Assembly: GCA_965221905.1 (NCBI GenBank)
Contig: OZ244922.1
Span: 2,656,001-2,720,000 of the forward strand
DNA length: 64,000 nucleotides
Source of the DNA: Chloroflexota bacterium
GTDB taxonomy: Bacteria; Chloroflexota; UBA11872; VXOZ01
Direction of reading: 5' to 3'
Made by a program: the position numbers and the translations under genes
Shown: positions 27,169-37,639 of the stretch, in pieces
How positions within the stretch are numbered: the stretch's first letter is position 1
Layout: each line of letters starts with the position of its first letter
The notes under the pieces: generated by a model
Told to the model about the DNA's origin: nothing
Seen by the model: only the letters and a program-made list of their open reading frames with translations
Databases searched by the model: none

Positions 27169-27690
27169 TCATGTAAGGTATTCCGGCGCGGCCTCTGCGT
27201 ACCAATTCCGATCGGCGAAGTGGCGAGTCTCCTCCAGGTCAGTTGCCGTTGCCAGGATGGCCTCCATGGTTTCCCCTGTGGTTGGGTGCTCCACGAGCGG
27301 AGCAATCTCCGTTAGAGGACACAGCGTAAAACCGCGTTCGGTGAGCCGCGGATGCGGGATAGAGAGTGATGGAGAAGCAATCTGCTCATCCCCATAGAGC
27401 AGAATGTCTATGTCTATCGTGCGCGGCGCGTTCGGAAACGATCGAACCCTACCAAGTGCTCTCTCGATTTCCAAGGCAAACCGGAGGAGTTCCCTGGGAC
27501 CTAGCTCTGTGAATCCTTCGAGCACGGCATTCAGAAACCATGGTTGCTCGGTGTAGCCCACGGGTTCGGTTTCGTAGACTGACGACACTTGCGTAAGCAT
27601 AACCTCAGCATGCAGCCGCCGGGCCGCGCGTTGTAGATTGGCGAGTCTGTCGCCGACATTGCTGCCAAGGCTGAGATAGACAACAGCCAC
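27169..27690 (-). CDS. folK: 2-amino-4-hydroxy-6-hydroxymethyldihydropteridine pyrophosphokinase
   Basis: YLSLGSNVG, SSVYETEP, FLNAV, PRTIDIDIL, IPHP. Confidence 0.95.
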   Translation of the reverse strand: MAVVYLSLGSNVGDRLANLQRAARRLHAEVMLTQVSSVYETEPVGYTEQPWFLNAVLEGFTELGPRELLRFALEIERALGRVRSFPNAPRTIDIDILLYGDEQIASPSLSIPHPRLTERGFTLCPLTEIAPLVEHPTTGETMEAILATATDLEETRHFADRNWYAEAAPEYLT

Positions 27691-27703
27691 GACCCTACAC
27701 CCC

Positions 27704-28960
27704 CTAATCCGTGGTCGTAACGTCCTCTGCGCCACCGTCACCGTGCAGCCACACCTTATGTACGGCTACGCCAAGCTCACGTGTATCCGGGGAGCCGAGC
27801 ACCTCATGCGGGTTCCATGGCTCATCCCAGAGAAAGGCAACATCAAGGCGCGTGTTAGCATCCTGCGGCACAGGAAACTCGATCTCCTGCCACTCACCCG
27901 GTGGCAACGAAACCGGGTATTTTACCTCATTCGTGTAGACGGCGCCGGTTACGGGTCTGTTCAGTTCCTTTGGACCGGAAAACAGGTTTATCGAAATAGT
28001 CTCCTGTCCGCTGTACTTGAGACGCACCAACGCATCACGGCTCGTCCACCGTATTTGAGGCGGCCAATTCTCTCGGGGATACCACCCGCCACCCAATTGC
28101 GGATCCTCATTCTCCCCCATCACAACAGCGCTCTCGGTGACGCGACGATAAGCATAGATGTCCGCGTACATGTCCTGCGGATAGCCATAGCGCGCCTTGC
28201 CAACCGCACGCGCGCGTAGCATAACCACGTCTTGCTGTCCTCTCAGCAGCCCAGTTCGCGTTGCCGCCCGCACGACTGCATCAAGAATTCGTGGATGATC
28301 GTAGGAGCAGTCGTGAATAGAGTACAGTTCTTCAACTTGATAGTTGCAGGCTTGCAATAATCGGCGTAATTCGCCGGCGCTGAATTCGCGATGGTGGCGC
28401 GCATAGCTGTTAAAGCCTGAATATGGCGGATAGATATTCTTGCCACTCAAGAACTTCAGAATATTCGTATAGCGGAATGGATTAGGCGTCGAGATAATTA
28501 ACCGTCCCTCAGGCTTGAGCACACGGTGTATTTCATACAGAGTCTGTGTGGGATCGTACGTGAGGTGCTCGATGACCTCACAGTAGAGAACGAGATCAAA
28601 GGAGCCATCCGGGTAGGGAAAGGGGTCATACTCGATATTTACTCCCTCGTATTGTATGGTCCGCGTAAACGGATACTTAGTGCTATGCAGGCGCACGGTG
28701 CCGCCATCGACGTCCAACCAATACGGCTCGTTAATTGGGGACACTGCAAAGTTGGTGTAGCGAAGAAGCAACGCCGTCATATAGTACGGCATTGCACCGA
28801 TTTCAAGTACGTTAGCTTGAGATGGCAGATCGTCTGGAATGAGTGCAAAGGTGGCGCCCAGCCGGTCAAGCGCAGTACTAAGATAGTCGCTGATCTCTTT
28901 CTGTTCCGCATGTTCGAGCGATCGAAGAAAGTTCAGCGCCTCTTCGTTGTCCAGCTTCAT
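27704..28960 (-). CDS. Class I SAM methyltransferase with C-terminal accessory domain
   Basis: VLEIGA, SFDLVLYCEVIEHL, RVLKPEG.L.ISTPN, H.RE; C-terminal GWYPRENWPPQIRWT...DTRELGVAV. Confidence 0.85.
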   Translation of the reverse strand: MKLDNEEALNFLRSLEHAEQKEISDYLSTALDRLGATFALIPDDLPSQANVLEIGAMPYYMTALLLRYTNFAVSPINEPYWLDVDGGTVRLHSTKYPFTRTIQYEGVNIEYDPFPYPDGSFDLVLYCEVIEHLTYDPTQTLYEIHRVLKPEGRLIISTPNPFRYTNILKFLSGKNIYPPYSGFNSYARHHREFSAGELRRLLQACNYQVEELYSIHDCSYDHPRILDAVVRAATRTGLLRGQQDVVMLRARAVGKARYGYPQDMYADIYAYRRVTESAVVMGENEDPQLGGGWYPRENWPPQIRWTSRDALVRLKYSGQETISINLFSGPKELNRPVTGAVYTNEVKYPVSLPPGEWQEIEFPVPQDANTRLDVAFLWDEPWNPHEVLGSPDTRELGVAVHKVWLHGDGGAEDVTTTD

Positions 28961-30621
28961 GTCGCCACCCCGCTCGGTGCAGTGTTGGGAACATCTTGGT
29001 CTGACACCACTTGAGCCACGAGCTTGAGGAGCCTGTCTGCAAACTGCTCCTCGCTAAATCGCTCAGCTCGCCTCACCGCCCCGGCACGTAACCTGGAAAC
29101 CAGCGCCGGATCGGCAATCGCGGCAACAGTATATTGCTTCAGCTCATCCAGGGTATTCCACAGAAAACCGCTCTTGTTGTGCTCTACGATTTCGGGCAAG
29201 CCCCCTTTACCCAGGACAATAGGCACACATCCGGCCGCCATTGCTTCCACCGGCGTGATCCCAAAGTGTTCGAAGCGCTCAGGATGGTGCGCTTCGTCTT
29301 CACCATAGCCTGTCGCATGCCAATAGAGGGTAGCCTGACTGTAGAGTTGGCGCAATTTCTCGTATTCCACGTTAGGGTGGAGCACCACCGGCAGACCCTC
29401 TGCCAAGTGTTGGACACGCCGGTAGTAGTCCTGGCTCAGCGAATCTTGCGCAACACCTCCCGCTAAGTGAAGCTCCCAACCCGCCAGGTCTTGGCGCGAT
29501 AGCGCTGCAAATGCCTGGATCATCTCTGGAAACTTCTTCTCATGGCTGTGGGGAAAGAACCGGCCTACGCTCAGTATGATAGGGCGTTTCTTCCCAGGCT
29601 GGAGATCGCTGACGTCCACCGGCGGGTAGAGTATTTCGCCTTCCAATCCCCATGACTTTTTTACCCAATGCGCAACGTAGCGCGAAATCGGGCAGAGTAA
29701 ATCGTACGTCCGAATATAGTCCAATGATGGGTTCTCCGGTATGCCATGGAGGCGCAAGCCAAGTTCAGAAAACTGCCGTTCAAACACTAACTCATACAAG
29801 TAGTATCGCCAACTTCGGGACCGTACGGCGGCCACTGCAATTCCGACTTGCCGATAGTCGTGCTCCTCCACCCCGGCGTCATGGGCGGGAAAGGTCTCAC
29901 ACGTCAACGTAATCCGGGCGCGGCCATTCTTGATACACCGCTTGGGGAGAATAAACTCGATATTCTCATAGTTACCCATAGTAGTTTGCAGTGTCGTCTC
30001 GCACAGCAAGTGATCGCCACACGACACCCGTACTGGCACCGGCGGACTGCCGTCAGGACGAAATGATCCCGCGACGATCTGCATCGGTGTGTCGCGTTTC
30101 CAGCCGGTAATAGGCACCTCAACTGTGGCTTGGCCGGCGGACCATCGATACCACCCTCCGCCAAGTTCCTGGATGGCATGGAAACCTTCACGAAATTGGG
30201 GCACCCTGAGTTCACGCAAAAGATGACGGCCCACCCGTTGCCGCAATCGCGCCCCCCAGGTATGCATCCCAAGAAACGGAAAATAGACGAACATGATGCT
30301 GTGCTTGGCCCGGCTTGGCACAAACGAGAAGTGCGACCCGTTAATGAAGAGGTCATATTCCGCCGTAACCGGAGCCATGAGATCGAATGGAAGATCCTCC
30401 ACACAGCGCAGTTTCACTCTGGAAAGGTCAATGTTGAGTCTGCTTCCAATTGCGGCCAGGTCCACCGGTTGATGGGTGATAAGGGTAACATCATGCTGCG
30501 CGGCGAGCGCATTCGCCGCCACCCCTGTATATCGTTCCGCACCCCCCTGGGTATGCAGCCACCGGTTGTAAATGCCAATGTTCAATTTTCTACGCACGCG
30601 TAGTGTGACCCACCTGATCAT
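28957..30621 (-). CDS. GT4 family glycosyltransferase with inserted domain
   Basis: GGAER, LYPPVD, ILSVGRF, EHFGITPVEAMAAG; start could instead be GTG 30597. Confidence 0.9.
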   Translation of the reverse strand: MIRWVTLRVRRKLNIGIYNRWLHTQGGAERYTGVAANALAAQHDVTLITHQPVDLAAIGSRLNIDLSRVKLRCVEDLPFDLMAPVTAEYDLFINGSHFSFVPSRAKHSIMFVYFPFLGMHTWGARLRQRVGRHLLRELRVPQFREGFHAIQELGGGWYRWSAGQATVEVPITGWKRDTPMQIVAGSFRPDGSPPVPVRVSCGDHLLCETTLQTTMGNYENIEFILPKRCIKNGRARITLTCETFPAHDAGVEEHDYRQVGIAVAAVRSRSWRYYLYELVFERQFSELGLRLHGIPENPSLDYIRTYDLLCPISRYVAHWVKKSWGLEGEILYPPVDVSDLQPGKKRPIILSVGRFFPHSHEKKFPEMIQAFAALSRQDLAGWELHLAGGVAQDSLSQDYYRRVQHLAEGLPVVLHPNVEYEKLRQLYSQATLYWHATGYGEDEAHHPERFEHFGITPVEAMAAGCVPIVLGKGGLPEIVEHNKSGFLWNTLDELKQYTVAAIADPALVSRLRAGAVRRAERFSEEQFADRLLKLVAQVVSDQDVPNTAPSGVAT

Positions 30622-32065
30622 CGGAGGACTGTAACCAGCGCCCAAGATCTGCCTGTGACACTGTGCGTCCGGTATCAATGACGCGTCTACTCCTCAGAAT
30701 GCTAGGAGTGAGCAAGAGCAATCGAACCCAAACTTTCAAACGGATCCACAAACGACGGAAGTGTGCGCCGGTTGCCGTTCGCCGCAAAAGCAGTCCGCCG
30801 CATGACTGGGCCAAATTCCAAGCTGTCTCGGCAGCATACCGACGCAACTGCTGCTGCGCAAGCTGCCATGGGGCGTTTTTCATGAGCATGAGCAACCGAT
30901 TCAGATCTACATTGTAAGTAAAGAGGGGTGACCACTCTCCCGCTGAACCGCTGTGCACGTGTCGCACAATTGCTTGCGGCACGTACCAGACCTTCCAGCC
31001 TCGCGCGCGGGCTCGCCAAGCAAGATCCATGTCCTCATAGTACATAAAAAAACGCTCGTCGAAGAGACCGACGGCATCGAGCATGTCTCGGCGCAGCAAG
31101 CAAGCAGCACCATTGAAGTGAAATACCTCTTCTGTGGTATCGAATCTACCATCATCCCAGATAGGGTAAACGTGTCCTTGGCTCAAACGCGTACCCCTAT
31201 CGCGGCCGGAGCCATCGGGCAAGACTGAGGAACCTGCATTCTGAATTAAGGACTCTGCATGCTGAAATAGCGATGCAGGGACAGCAACGCGAACTCTTCG
31301 CGGATTCGCGTCAACCGCTCCCTTGTACAGCGTATTTCCGGCGCACGTCAGCGATACGTGCACAGCACGGCTATCGGGTCGCCACGCGGCAAGCGTGAGC
31401 TCCAAAACCCGATCTTGGGCGCCCGATTGCCCTACCGGCAATCCAAGATCAGCCTTCGCATCTGTCCACTGCAGCAACCGGCCTTCTGCGTCATGTTCGG
31501 CTGCATAGAAACCTGCGAGCAGCCGCACCCCCCCACTCTGTTCTTTTTCACCACCGACCACTTCGGCGCCATATACCTGTACCCCCAATCTGCGCTTATC
31601 TCCCGATTTCATCTCTTCATCCGGCACAAACGACTCGCTCTGCAGTAGTAGCGGCAGATAGTCGTTCATGTAGAGCAGTTTCGCAGTGGTGGCGCCAATG
31701 CGTTGGTCGTCGGCCATTGGGCGCACGAGATGAAGCAGCCAATCTGCCTGCACAGCAGTATCGGTATTGAGAAGCGCGACAAATGGAGAGTCAATTGCCC
31801 GAATGGCCCGGTTATTCCCCGCCCCAAAGCCCAGATTGCCTCCGGTCTCCAATACCTGAATATCTGGAAAACGTTTCCGCACCCACGCGGGAGATCCGTC
31901 TGTGGACGCATTGTCGGCCAGGATGACCTTGAAGCGGTCTGAAGGATACGTGGTCTGCATGAGCGCAGTCAAGCAACGGCCCAAATACCGCAGTCCGTTC
32001 CAATTGAGCACAATAGCGGTAACTTCAGGAAGCTCTACGCTCCTATTCTGCGCCACATCCCACAT
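30590..32065 (-). CDS. GT2 family glycosyltransferase with inserted domain
   Basis: IVLNWNG, DNASTDGS, NLGFGAGNN, LLNTD, GLFDERFFMYYEDMDL.WR. Confidence 0.92.
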   Translation of the reverse strand: MWDVAQNRSVELPEVTAIVLNWNGLRYLGRCLTALMQTTYPSDRFKVILADNASTDGSPAWVRKRFPDIQVLETGGNLGFGAGNNRAIRAIDSPFVALLNTDTAVQADWLLHLVRPMADDQRIGATTAKLLYMNDYLPLLLQSESFVPDEEMKSGDKRRLGVQVYGAEVVGGEKEQSGGVRLLAGFYAAEHDAEGRLLQWTDAKADLGLPVGQSGAQDRVLELTLAAWRPDSRAVHVSLTCAGNTLYKGAVDANPRRVRVAVPASLFQHAESLIQNAGSSVLPDGSGRDRGTRLSQGHVYPIWDDGRFDTTEEVFHFNGAACLLRRDMLDAVGLFDERFFMYYEDMDLAWRARARGWKVWYVPQAIVRHVHSGSAGEWSPLFTYNVDLNRLLMLMKNAPWQLAQQQLRRYAAETAWNLAQSCGGLLLRRTATGAHFRRLWIRLKVWVRLLLLTPSILRSRRVIDTGRTVSQADLGRWLQSSDDQVGHTTRA

Positions 32066-32138
32066 TCAATCTGCCGTACCCTCATTGCTAAAACTTGCAT
32101 TCTAAGGTCTTCCTCAAGTACATGGCATCGCCAAGCGG

Positions 32139-33845
32139 TCACTCAAGCCAGACTTCACGCACTGCGACCCCAAGGTGACGTCCGTCGCGCGACCGGCCGT
32201 TTTCCTGAGAGAGCACTGTTTCATCGATGATGATTTCGATCCGCACTATCTGCCCGTCTTCAGCCGGCTGGAGCTGCCCGTTTTCAGCCGGCTGAAGCGG
32301 AAATAAATATCGTTCAAAGTCCGGTGTTGCAATTGAAAAATCGCCAATGTTGACATCTTCTACGAGTATTCGTCCGGTTACGGGATCCCCACTGTGGTGA
32401 GGACGACACATTGCAATCCCCAGAAGCTGCGCAGCGCTATCCTTGCGCAAGTAGAGGCTTGCGCGATCCTGCGTCCAGCGCACGAGAGGAGGCCAGTTTT
32501 CAACAGGATGCCAGCCTTCGGCCAAGAATTCTTCTTCCCGGTCACCCATCACAATATGGTCCGGCACAGGATTCCAGGGCACGGCCGCCGGTTTGGGTAT
32601 ATCGGCCCCAGCAACGGCGCCGCCCTCCACCACCCGCCACGAAGGATTGAACGCCATCATACCGGTTTGGCTAAATTCATCGGGCACTACCACAAAGCGC
32701 GCGACGCCTTTCCACATGTCAAAGGGTTGCCGCCAATCAGCCGCCGGCCATATCCCTACGCTAAGGTCAAAGCCTCCGGTGCGCATTGGTATCTTCGGAA
32801 GCACGCAGAGAATCTGCCCTTCACCCTTATCAAGTGCAAAGGTCATCCCTTCCGCCGCGCTGTGGCTCCCCGCAACGTACACCCCGTCGGCACGATGCAC
32901 GCCTATCCCAATACTCGCCGCAGGTATCGATTCGTGCGCAGTGTACGCAATTTGTACGTTTACGTCAGCTCCTGGCGCAACATCGATGACGGGCGTACCA
33001 GCCGAATCGGTTACCGTAACCGCGTCGATGACAACGTCACCGCTGCCCCATCGTTCTTGCCGCGTGTCTTGGACGTTCGGCAGGCTGCGCGAAGACAGAG
33101 CAACTTGCAGATCGCCTCTTTGCCGCGCCTCAGAAAGATATGCGTTGATCACGCTATCTGAGGGGCCGTGCATGCGCACCCGGCCGGCATCTATCCACAG
33201 CACCTCGTCACAGAAACGGCCGACGGACGTCAGGTCATGGGACACGAAGACGATCGTCATACCCGCCTGCTTGAACTCGCTAAGTTTTGCAAAACATTTT
33301 TGGCGAAAGGGCATGTCGCCAACTGCCAGCACTTCATCGATCACCAGGATTTCCGGATCAACGTGCACGGCGACCGCAAAGCCCAGCCGCATGTACATGC
33401 CGGACGAATAGTGCTTGACCGGCTCGTCAATGAAACGTTCGAGTTCAGCAAAGGCAACAATGTCATCAAACCGCTGTCGCATCTGCTCTCGGGGCAAGCC
33501 GAGGAAGGCCCCGTTGAGGAAGACATTCTCACGCCCGGTCAGATCGGGGTGGAATCCTGCCCCAAGTTCCAGGAGGGCCGATACTCGCCCCCGTGCGTTC
33601 GCTGTGCCGCTCGTCGGTTCGAGCACACGGCAAAGAAGCTTGAGAATGGTGCTCTTGCCTGAACCGTTGCGTCCAACGATGCCAAGGGTGCGCCCGGCTT
33701 CAAGATGAAACGAGACATCACGCAGCGCCCAAAACTCCTGGCGCGGAGCGGATCGCCGCAGCCAACCAATGACTGTCTCCTGCATCGTGCGGTGTTGGCG
33801 TACGATAAAGCGCTTCGAAACGTCCTGAAACTGGACCGCTTGCAT
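32139..33845 (-). CDS. wzt: Wzt-type glycan ABC exporter ATPase with Wzt-C domain and an extra C-terminal domain
   Basis: FWALRDVSF, GRNGSGKST, YSSGM..RLGFAVA, DEVLAVGD..F..KC, RWGSG start of Wzt-C. Confidence 0.92.
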   Translation of the reverse strand: MQAVQFQDVSKRFIVRQHRTMQETVIGWLRRSAPRQEFWALRDVSFHLEAGRTLGIVGRNGSGKSTILKLLCRVLEPTSGTANARGRVSALLELGAGFHPDLTGRENVFLNGAFLGLPREQMRQRFDDIVAFAELERFIDEPVKHYSSGMYMRLGFAVAVHVDPEILVIDEVLAVGDMPFRQKCFAKLSEFKQAGMTIVFVSHDLTSVGRFCDEVLWIDAGRVRMHGPSDSVINAYLSEARQRGDLQVALSSRSLPNVQDTRQERWGSGDVVIDAVTVTDSAGTPVIDVAPGADVNVQIAYTAHESIPAASIGIGVHRADGVYVAGSHSAAEGMTFALDKGEGQILCVLPKIPMRTGGFDLSVGIWPAADWRQPFDMWKGVARFVVVPDEFSQTGMMAFNPSWRVVEGGAVAGADIPKPAAVPWNPVPDHIVMGDREEEFLAEGWHPVENWPPLVRWTQDRASLYLRKDSAAQLLGIAMCRPHHSGDPVTGRILVEDVNIGDFSIATPDFERYLFPLQPAENGQLQPAEDGQIVRIEIIIDETVLSQENGRSRDGRHLGVAVREVWLE

Positions 33846-34706
33846 CTATATCTCTTCCACAAACCTGCTGGCATAGCGGCGAAAGAGCCAGAGCCCAATC
33901 CAGAGCAGCAGCATTGCTGTCGCGGCCGTCAACAGGAGATGCTTGAAGCGCCACAGCGGCCAGCCATAGAGTATGGCATAACGGTAGCCGGTAATGAGGG
34001 CAGCCATCGGATTGAGCATATACACCCAGCGCCACATGTCGAGACCGAGAAATTCCCGATTTGGGATTCGTTCAAGCTGGTAGACAATCGGGGTGAGAAA
34101 GAACCAGGCAATCAGGGCAACGTTCATAATCGATTCAATGTCGCGAAAGTAGACGTTTAGCGCAGCCACGATGAACGCTATGCCGGACAGCAGCAATATC
34201 TGCAAGAGTACGAGCGCGGGCAAAAACCAGATATGGTGGGTGAACGGAATGTTGCGAAAAGCGGCAAAGATGAAGTAGAGCGGCAGGGCCAGCAGAAAGT
34301 GTACGACGTTCGCCAGTACCACAGAGAGGGGAAGAATCTCCCGCGGAAAATAGACCTTCGTCAGCAGGTCCCGGTTTCCCGTAATGCTCGTCATCGCGCG
34401 CGTAATGACATCAGCAGTGAAGTTCCAAATCAACAGGCCGCCTAGCACGTGCATTGGGAAGTCCCGTATACGCGGCTCAATCCCCTCGGGGTCGGTCAAC
34501 ACACTGAAAACCAGTGTAAAGACAAGCATCATCAGCAGCGGATTGAGCAGCGACCACGCAAAACCGAGCACTGAGTTGCGGTAGCGCACCTTAATGTCAC
34601 GCGCTACGAGATTGACCAGCAGTTCGCGGTAATCCCACCACTCACGGAGGATTGCCCACACGTTCAGCGGATTGGGGAAGAGCACGAAGGACCGAATCGC
34701 GTTCAT
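33846..34706 (-). CDS. wzm: Wzm-type glycan ABC exporter permease
   Basis: RDIKVRYRNSVLG.AWSLLNP, KVYFPRE, FRD, FFLTPIVY, LNP. Confidence 0.93.
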   Translation of the reverse strand: MNAIRSFVLFPNPLNVWAILREWWDYRELLVNLVARDIKVRYRNSVLGFAWSLLNPLLMMLVFTLVFSVLTDPEGIEPRIRDFPMHVLGGLLIWNFTADVITRAMTSITGNRDLLTKVYFPREILPLSVVLANVVHFLLALPLYFIFAAFRNIPFTHHIWFLPALVLLQILLLSGIAFIVAALNVYFRDIESIMNVALIAWFFLTPIVYQLERIPNREFLGLDMWRWVYMLNPMAALITGYRYAILYGWPLWRFKHLLLTAATAMLLLWIGLWLFRRYASRFVEEI

Positions 34707-35287
34707 GTTCCGCGCAATTCAAATTGCTTGCATACTATATATTCCGCTCCGTGGGGCTTCAGATCACTCTTCATGAGCGCAATACTCTCCACCGCCAGCG
34801 CAATTGCTGTGAAATCGCGTTGTGTCGTTGCCCAGTCCTCCAGCACCTGCTGCTCCCACGGTGCAATACCGTCACGCACGCGCGCAAGCGTGATATGGGG
34901 CGAGAGCGACCGAGCTTCTCGCACAAAACCGCTGTGTTCCAGCAGACGTTCCGCGCTTCCGTGCAGCCGCTGCAACTGCTCATCGGCGTCTGTCACGGTC
35001 GCCCAGACCATCTGCGGCTTTCTCCGCCTGCGCACAATCTTTATTCCTGTGACCGAAAGCGCAAAGGGCCGTGCTCCGGCCGCCACGCCCTCCATGGTGG
35101 TCACTATAGACGCTTTCCGTTCTGCCGACATCTCGCCAAAGAACTTAAGTGTAATGTGAATGTTCTCTCTTGGCACCCAACGCACGGAGAAGGTGCGTTG
35201 GGATACGAGACGCACACTCTCCCCTAACCGACTGCGAACACTCTCGGGCAAGGTAATTGCAAGGAAGAGCCGTTCGGTTTCCACCAA
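34703..35287 (-). CDS. thpR: RNA 2',3'-cyclic phosphodiesterase
   Basis: RLFLAI, two 2H motifs HITLKF.G and PHITLAR, C-terminal S.L...G..Y. Confidence 0.9.
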   Translation of the reverse strand: MVETERLFLAITLPESVRSRLGESVRLVSQRTFSVRWVPRENIHITLKFFGEMSAERKASIVTTMEGVAAGARPFALSVTGIKIVRRRRKPQMVWATVTDADEQLQRLHGSAERLLEHSGFVREARSLSPHITLARVRDGIAPWEQQVLEDWATTQRDFTAIALAVESIALMKSDLKPHGAEYIVCKQFELRGT

Positions 35288-35434
35288 ATCATCTCAGTAT
35301 TACTAATGGACGATGCAAGATGGACTTCCTAGCACTTCCAAAATTGTCGCGCACCTCTTGGCGGGTCGCACGTCTTTGGTGACTCCTGGTCAACACGAGA
35401 ATATGGGAGTCTGCACTCTTCAAGCGTTGCTCTC

Positions 35435-35464
35435 TTGTCACGTGCTCCCTAAGGAAAGTATAAT
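35435..35464 (+). promoter_or_regulatory. Putative sigma70 promoter for galU operon
   Basis: TTGTCA-18 bp-TATAAT. Confidence 0.55.
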
Positions 35465-35660
35465 CGCTGTGAAAAGAGGCTGCCAATACAGGCTTTGCAG
35501 GCTTGTCTGCGGGCCTAACTAAAGCAAATCTCCTAGGTATCGTTCATGCCTCGGTGCGGCGCGTTTTCTCGACATTTCCAGCCGTACATGAGCGTGACGA
35601 ACACACTTCATTGCTACCGTCCTCATCTTTAACCATGGCTTTACGCGCAAGGTAAACGGC

Positions 35661-36545
35661 ATGAAAGTACGCAAAGGGGTTTTCCTGGTCGCGGGCCTGG
35701 GCACCCGGACTCTCCCCGCCGCTAAATCAATCCCCAAAGTAATGCTGCCAGTCGCGGATAAGCCGGCGATCCAATATGTGGTAGAAGAGGCCGTCGCCGC
35801 TGGAATCGAGCAAGTCATCCTCGTCACGGCAGCCGGCAACCAGGCCATCGAAGACTACTTTGACACAGCCTACCGCCTTGAGGAGAGTCTTGCCGCGCGA
35901 GGAAAGCACAAGGAACTCGCAGAGCTGAATGCGATAAAAGAAATGGCCACGGTCATCGGAGTCCGTCAACACGCGCCGCTCGGCACCGGCGACGCCGTGC
36001 GCACAGCGCGCAGTGTCGTAGGCGATGAGCCGTTTGCCGTCTTCCTCCCTGACGACATTATCGACGGCGATCCACCCGCTATTCGCCAGCTTATTGACGT
36101 CCAGGAGAGCTACAAAGGAGAGGTTGTAGCCGTCATGTCAGTGCCCGACGCGCACGTCGACCGCTACGGCATCGTGGAAGGCACACCGGTTGCGGCAGGC
36201 GTGCAACGGTTGCAAAGACTCATCGAAAAACCCCCCGCTAGCGAGGCGCCCTCCAATCTCGCTATCGTGGGTCGCTATGTGTTCACACCGGCCATATTCG
36301 ACTTCATCGACCGCACTCCCGCAGGCGCTGGCGGTGAAGTGCAAATCACGGATGCCATAAATGCCTTGGCGCAAGAAGGCCCCGTCTACTCCTGCGAATT
36401 CACGGGTAAGCGCTACGACATGGGCGATAAAGTTGGCTACTTGAGCGCCTCCATCGACCTTGCGCTCAAGCGCCCGGACTTGCGCCCGGGTCTTCTAGAG
36501 TATCTGCGTGGACTCGACCTTGACCGTTTGGATTCTCCAACGTGA
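35661..36545 (+). CDS. galU: UTP-glucose-1-phosphate uridylyltransferase
   Basis: AGLGTR.LPA.K.IPK.MLP..DKP.IQY, EKP, SNLAIVGRY, GEVQITDAI. Confidence 0.93.
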   Translation: MKVRKGVFLVAGLGTRTLPAAKSIPKVMLPVADKPAIQYVVEEAVAAGIEQVILVTAAGNQAIEDYFDTAYRLEESLAARGKHKELAELNAIKEMATVIGVRQHAPLGTGDAVRTARSVVGDEPFAVFLPDDIIDGDPPAIRQLIDVQESYKGEVVAVMSVPDAHVDRYGIVEGTPVAAGVQRLQRLIEKPPASEAPSNLAIVGRYVFTPAIFDFIDRTPAGAGGEVQITDAINALAQEGPVYSCEFTGKRYDMGDKVGYLSASIDLALKRPDLRPGLLEYLRGLDLDRLDSPT

Positions 36546-37639
36546 GCCCAAATGACCCGCGCGCTGAGTTGGCGGCGGCACTAGCCGCCCGCCGCCAGCA
36601 CGTCTACGACTATCTGCAAGCGGCAATCGACCGAATTTCTCTGCAATCACTCCATCTTGGTGAAGCAGTTGCAAGCTACGTCCGGCAGCCGGGCAAGGGA
36701 TTGCGGTCGGGCATTCTCCTTTTGTGCTGCGGCGCCACGGGAGGTGAAGAAGAGCGTGCCATCCCCGCTGCCGCGGCAGTCGAACTCTTCCACGTTTGGA
36801 CGTTAGTGCACGACGATATCATCGACCAGGATGACGTGCGCCGCGGCAAACCGACGGTTCACGCGGACTTTGTCAAACGCGCGCAAGATGAACTGGGCGT
36901 CATCGGTGATGCCGCCGCTCACTACGGACTCACCCAGGCTTTGCTGGCCGGAGACTTGCAGCAGGGATGGTCGGCGGCGCTGCTAACGGAAACCGCCACG
37001 AAACAGGGCGTTAGCGCCAACCTTGTGCTGCATCTTGTGGCTGAACTCTTTGGCTCAGTGGAAACGCGCCTCGTGGACGGTGAGGCGCTCGACGTGCAGT
37101 TTAGCCTTGAGCCGCTTGCGAATGTAACTGAAGCCGATACTCTGGACATGATGCAGAAGAAGACCGGAGCTCTCTATGCATATGCCGCCACCGCCGGCGC
37201 CTGCATCGGCCTCGACGGTTGGCAGCCGGACGACCCTGCAGTCGCGGCGCTAGCGTCATTTGGCCGCAACTGCGGCATAGCATTCCAACTGCAGGATGAC
37301 GTGCTCGGCGTGGTCGGTGACGCGGCGGTCACAGGCAAGCCGGTTGGATCGGACATTCGAGAGGGAAAACGCACACTCATCGTCTGGGCAGCACTACGCA
37401 ACGCGACGCTCGCTCAGCGCGCAGCCATTCTCAGTACCCTAGGCAATCGCGCTACCTCCGATGAGCAGGTCGAATACGCGACGCAACTACTCCAAGACCT
37501 GGGCGGCATCGCCTACGCTCGTTCGCACGCGCGAGCGTATATCGCGGAGGCTCAGGCGCGCCTCGCAACTGTCCCGCAGTCCTCCTACCGCCATCTGCTC
37601 CACTCTCTGGCAGACTTCGTCCTGGAACGAGATTCCTAG
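36542..37639 (+). CDS. Polyprenyl diphosphate synthase (GGPP synthase-like)
   Basis: GKGLR, LVHDDIIDQD..RRG.PT, KTG, G.AFQLQDD.LG, GSDIREGK.T. Confidence 0.92.
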   Translation: MSPNDPRAELAAALAARRQHVYDYLQAAIDRISLQSLHLGEAVASYVRQPGKGLRSGILLLCCGATGGEEERAIPAAAAVELFHVWTLVHDDIIDQDDVRRGKPTVHADFVKRAQDELGVIGDAAAHYGLTQALLAGDLQQGWSAALLTETATKQGVSANLVLHLVAELFGSVETRLVDGEALDVQFSLEPLANVTEADTLDMMQKKTGALYAYAATAGACIGLDGWQPDDPAVAALASFGRNCGIAFQLQDDVLGVVGDAAVTGKPVGSDIREGKRTLIVWAALRNATLAQRAAILSTLGNRATSDEQVEYATQLLQDLGGIAYARSHARAYIAEAQARLATVPQSSYRHLLHSLADFVLERDS

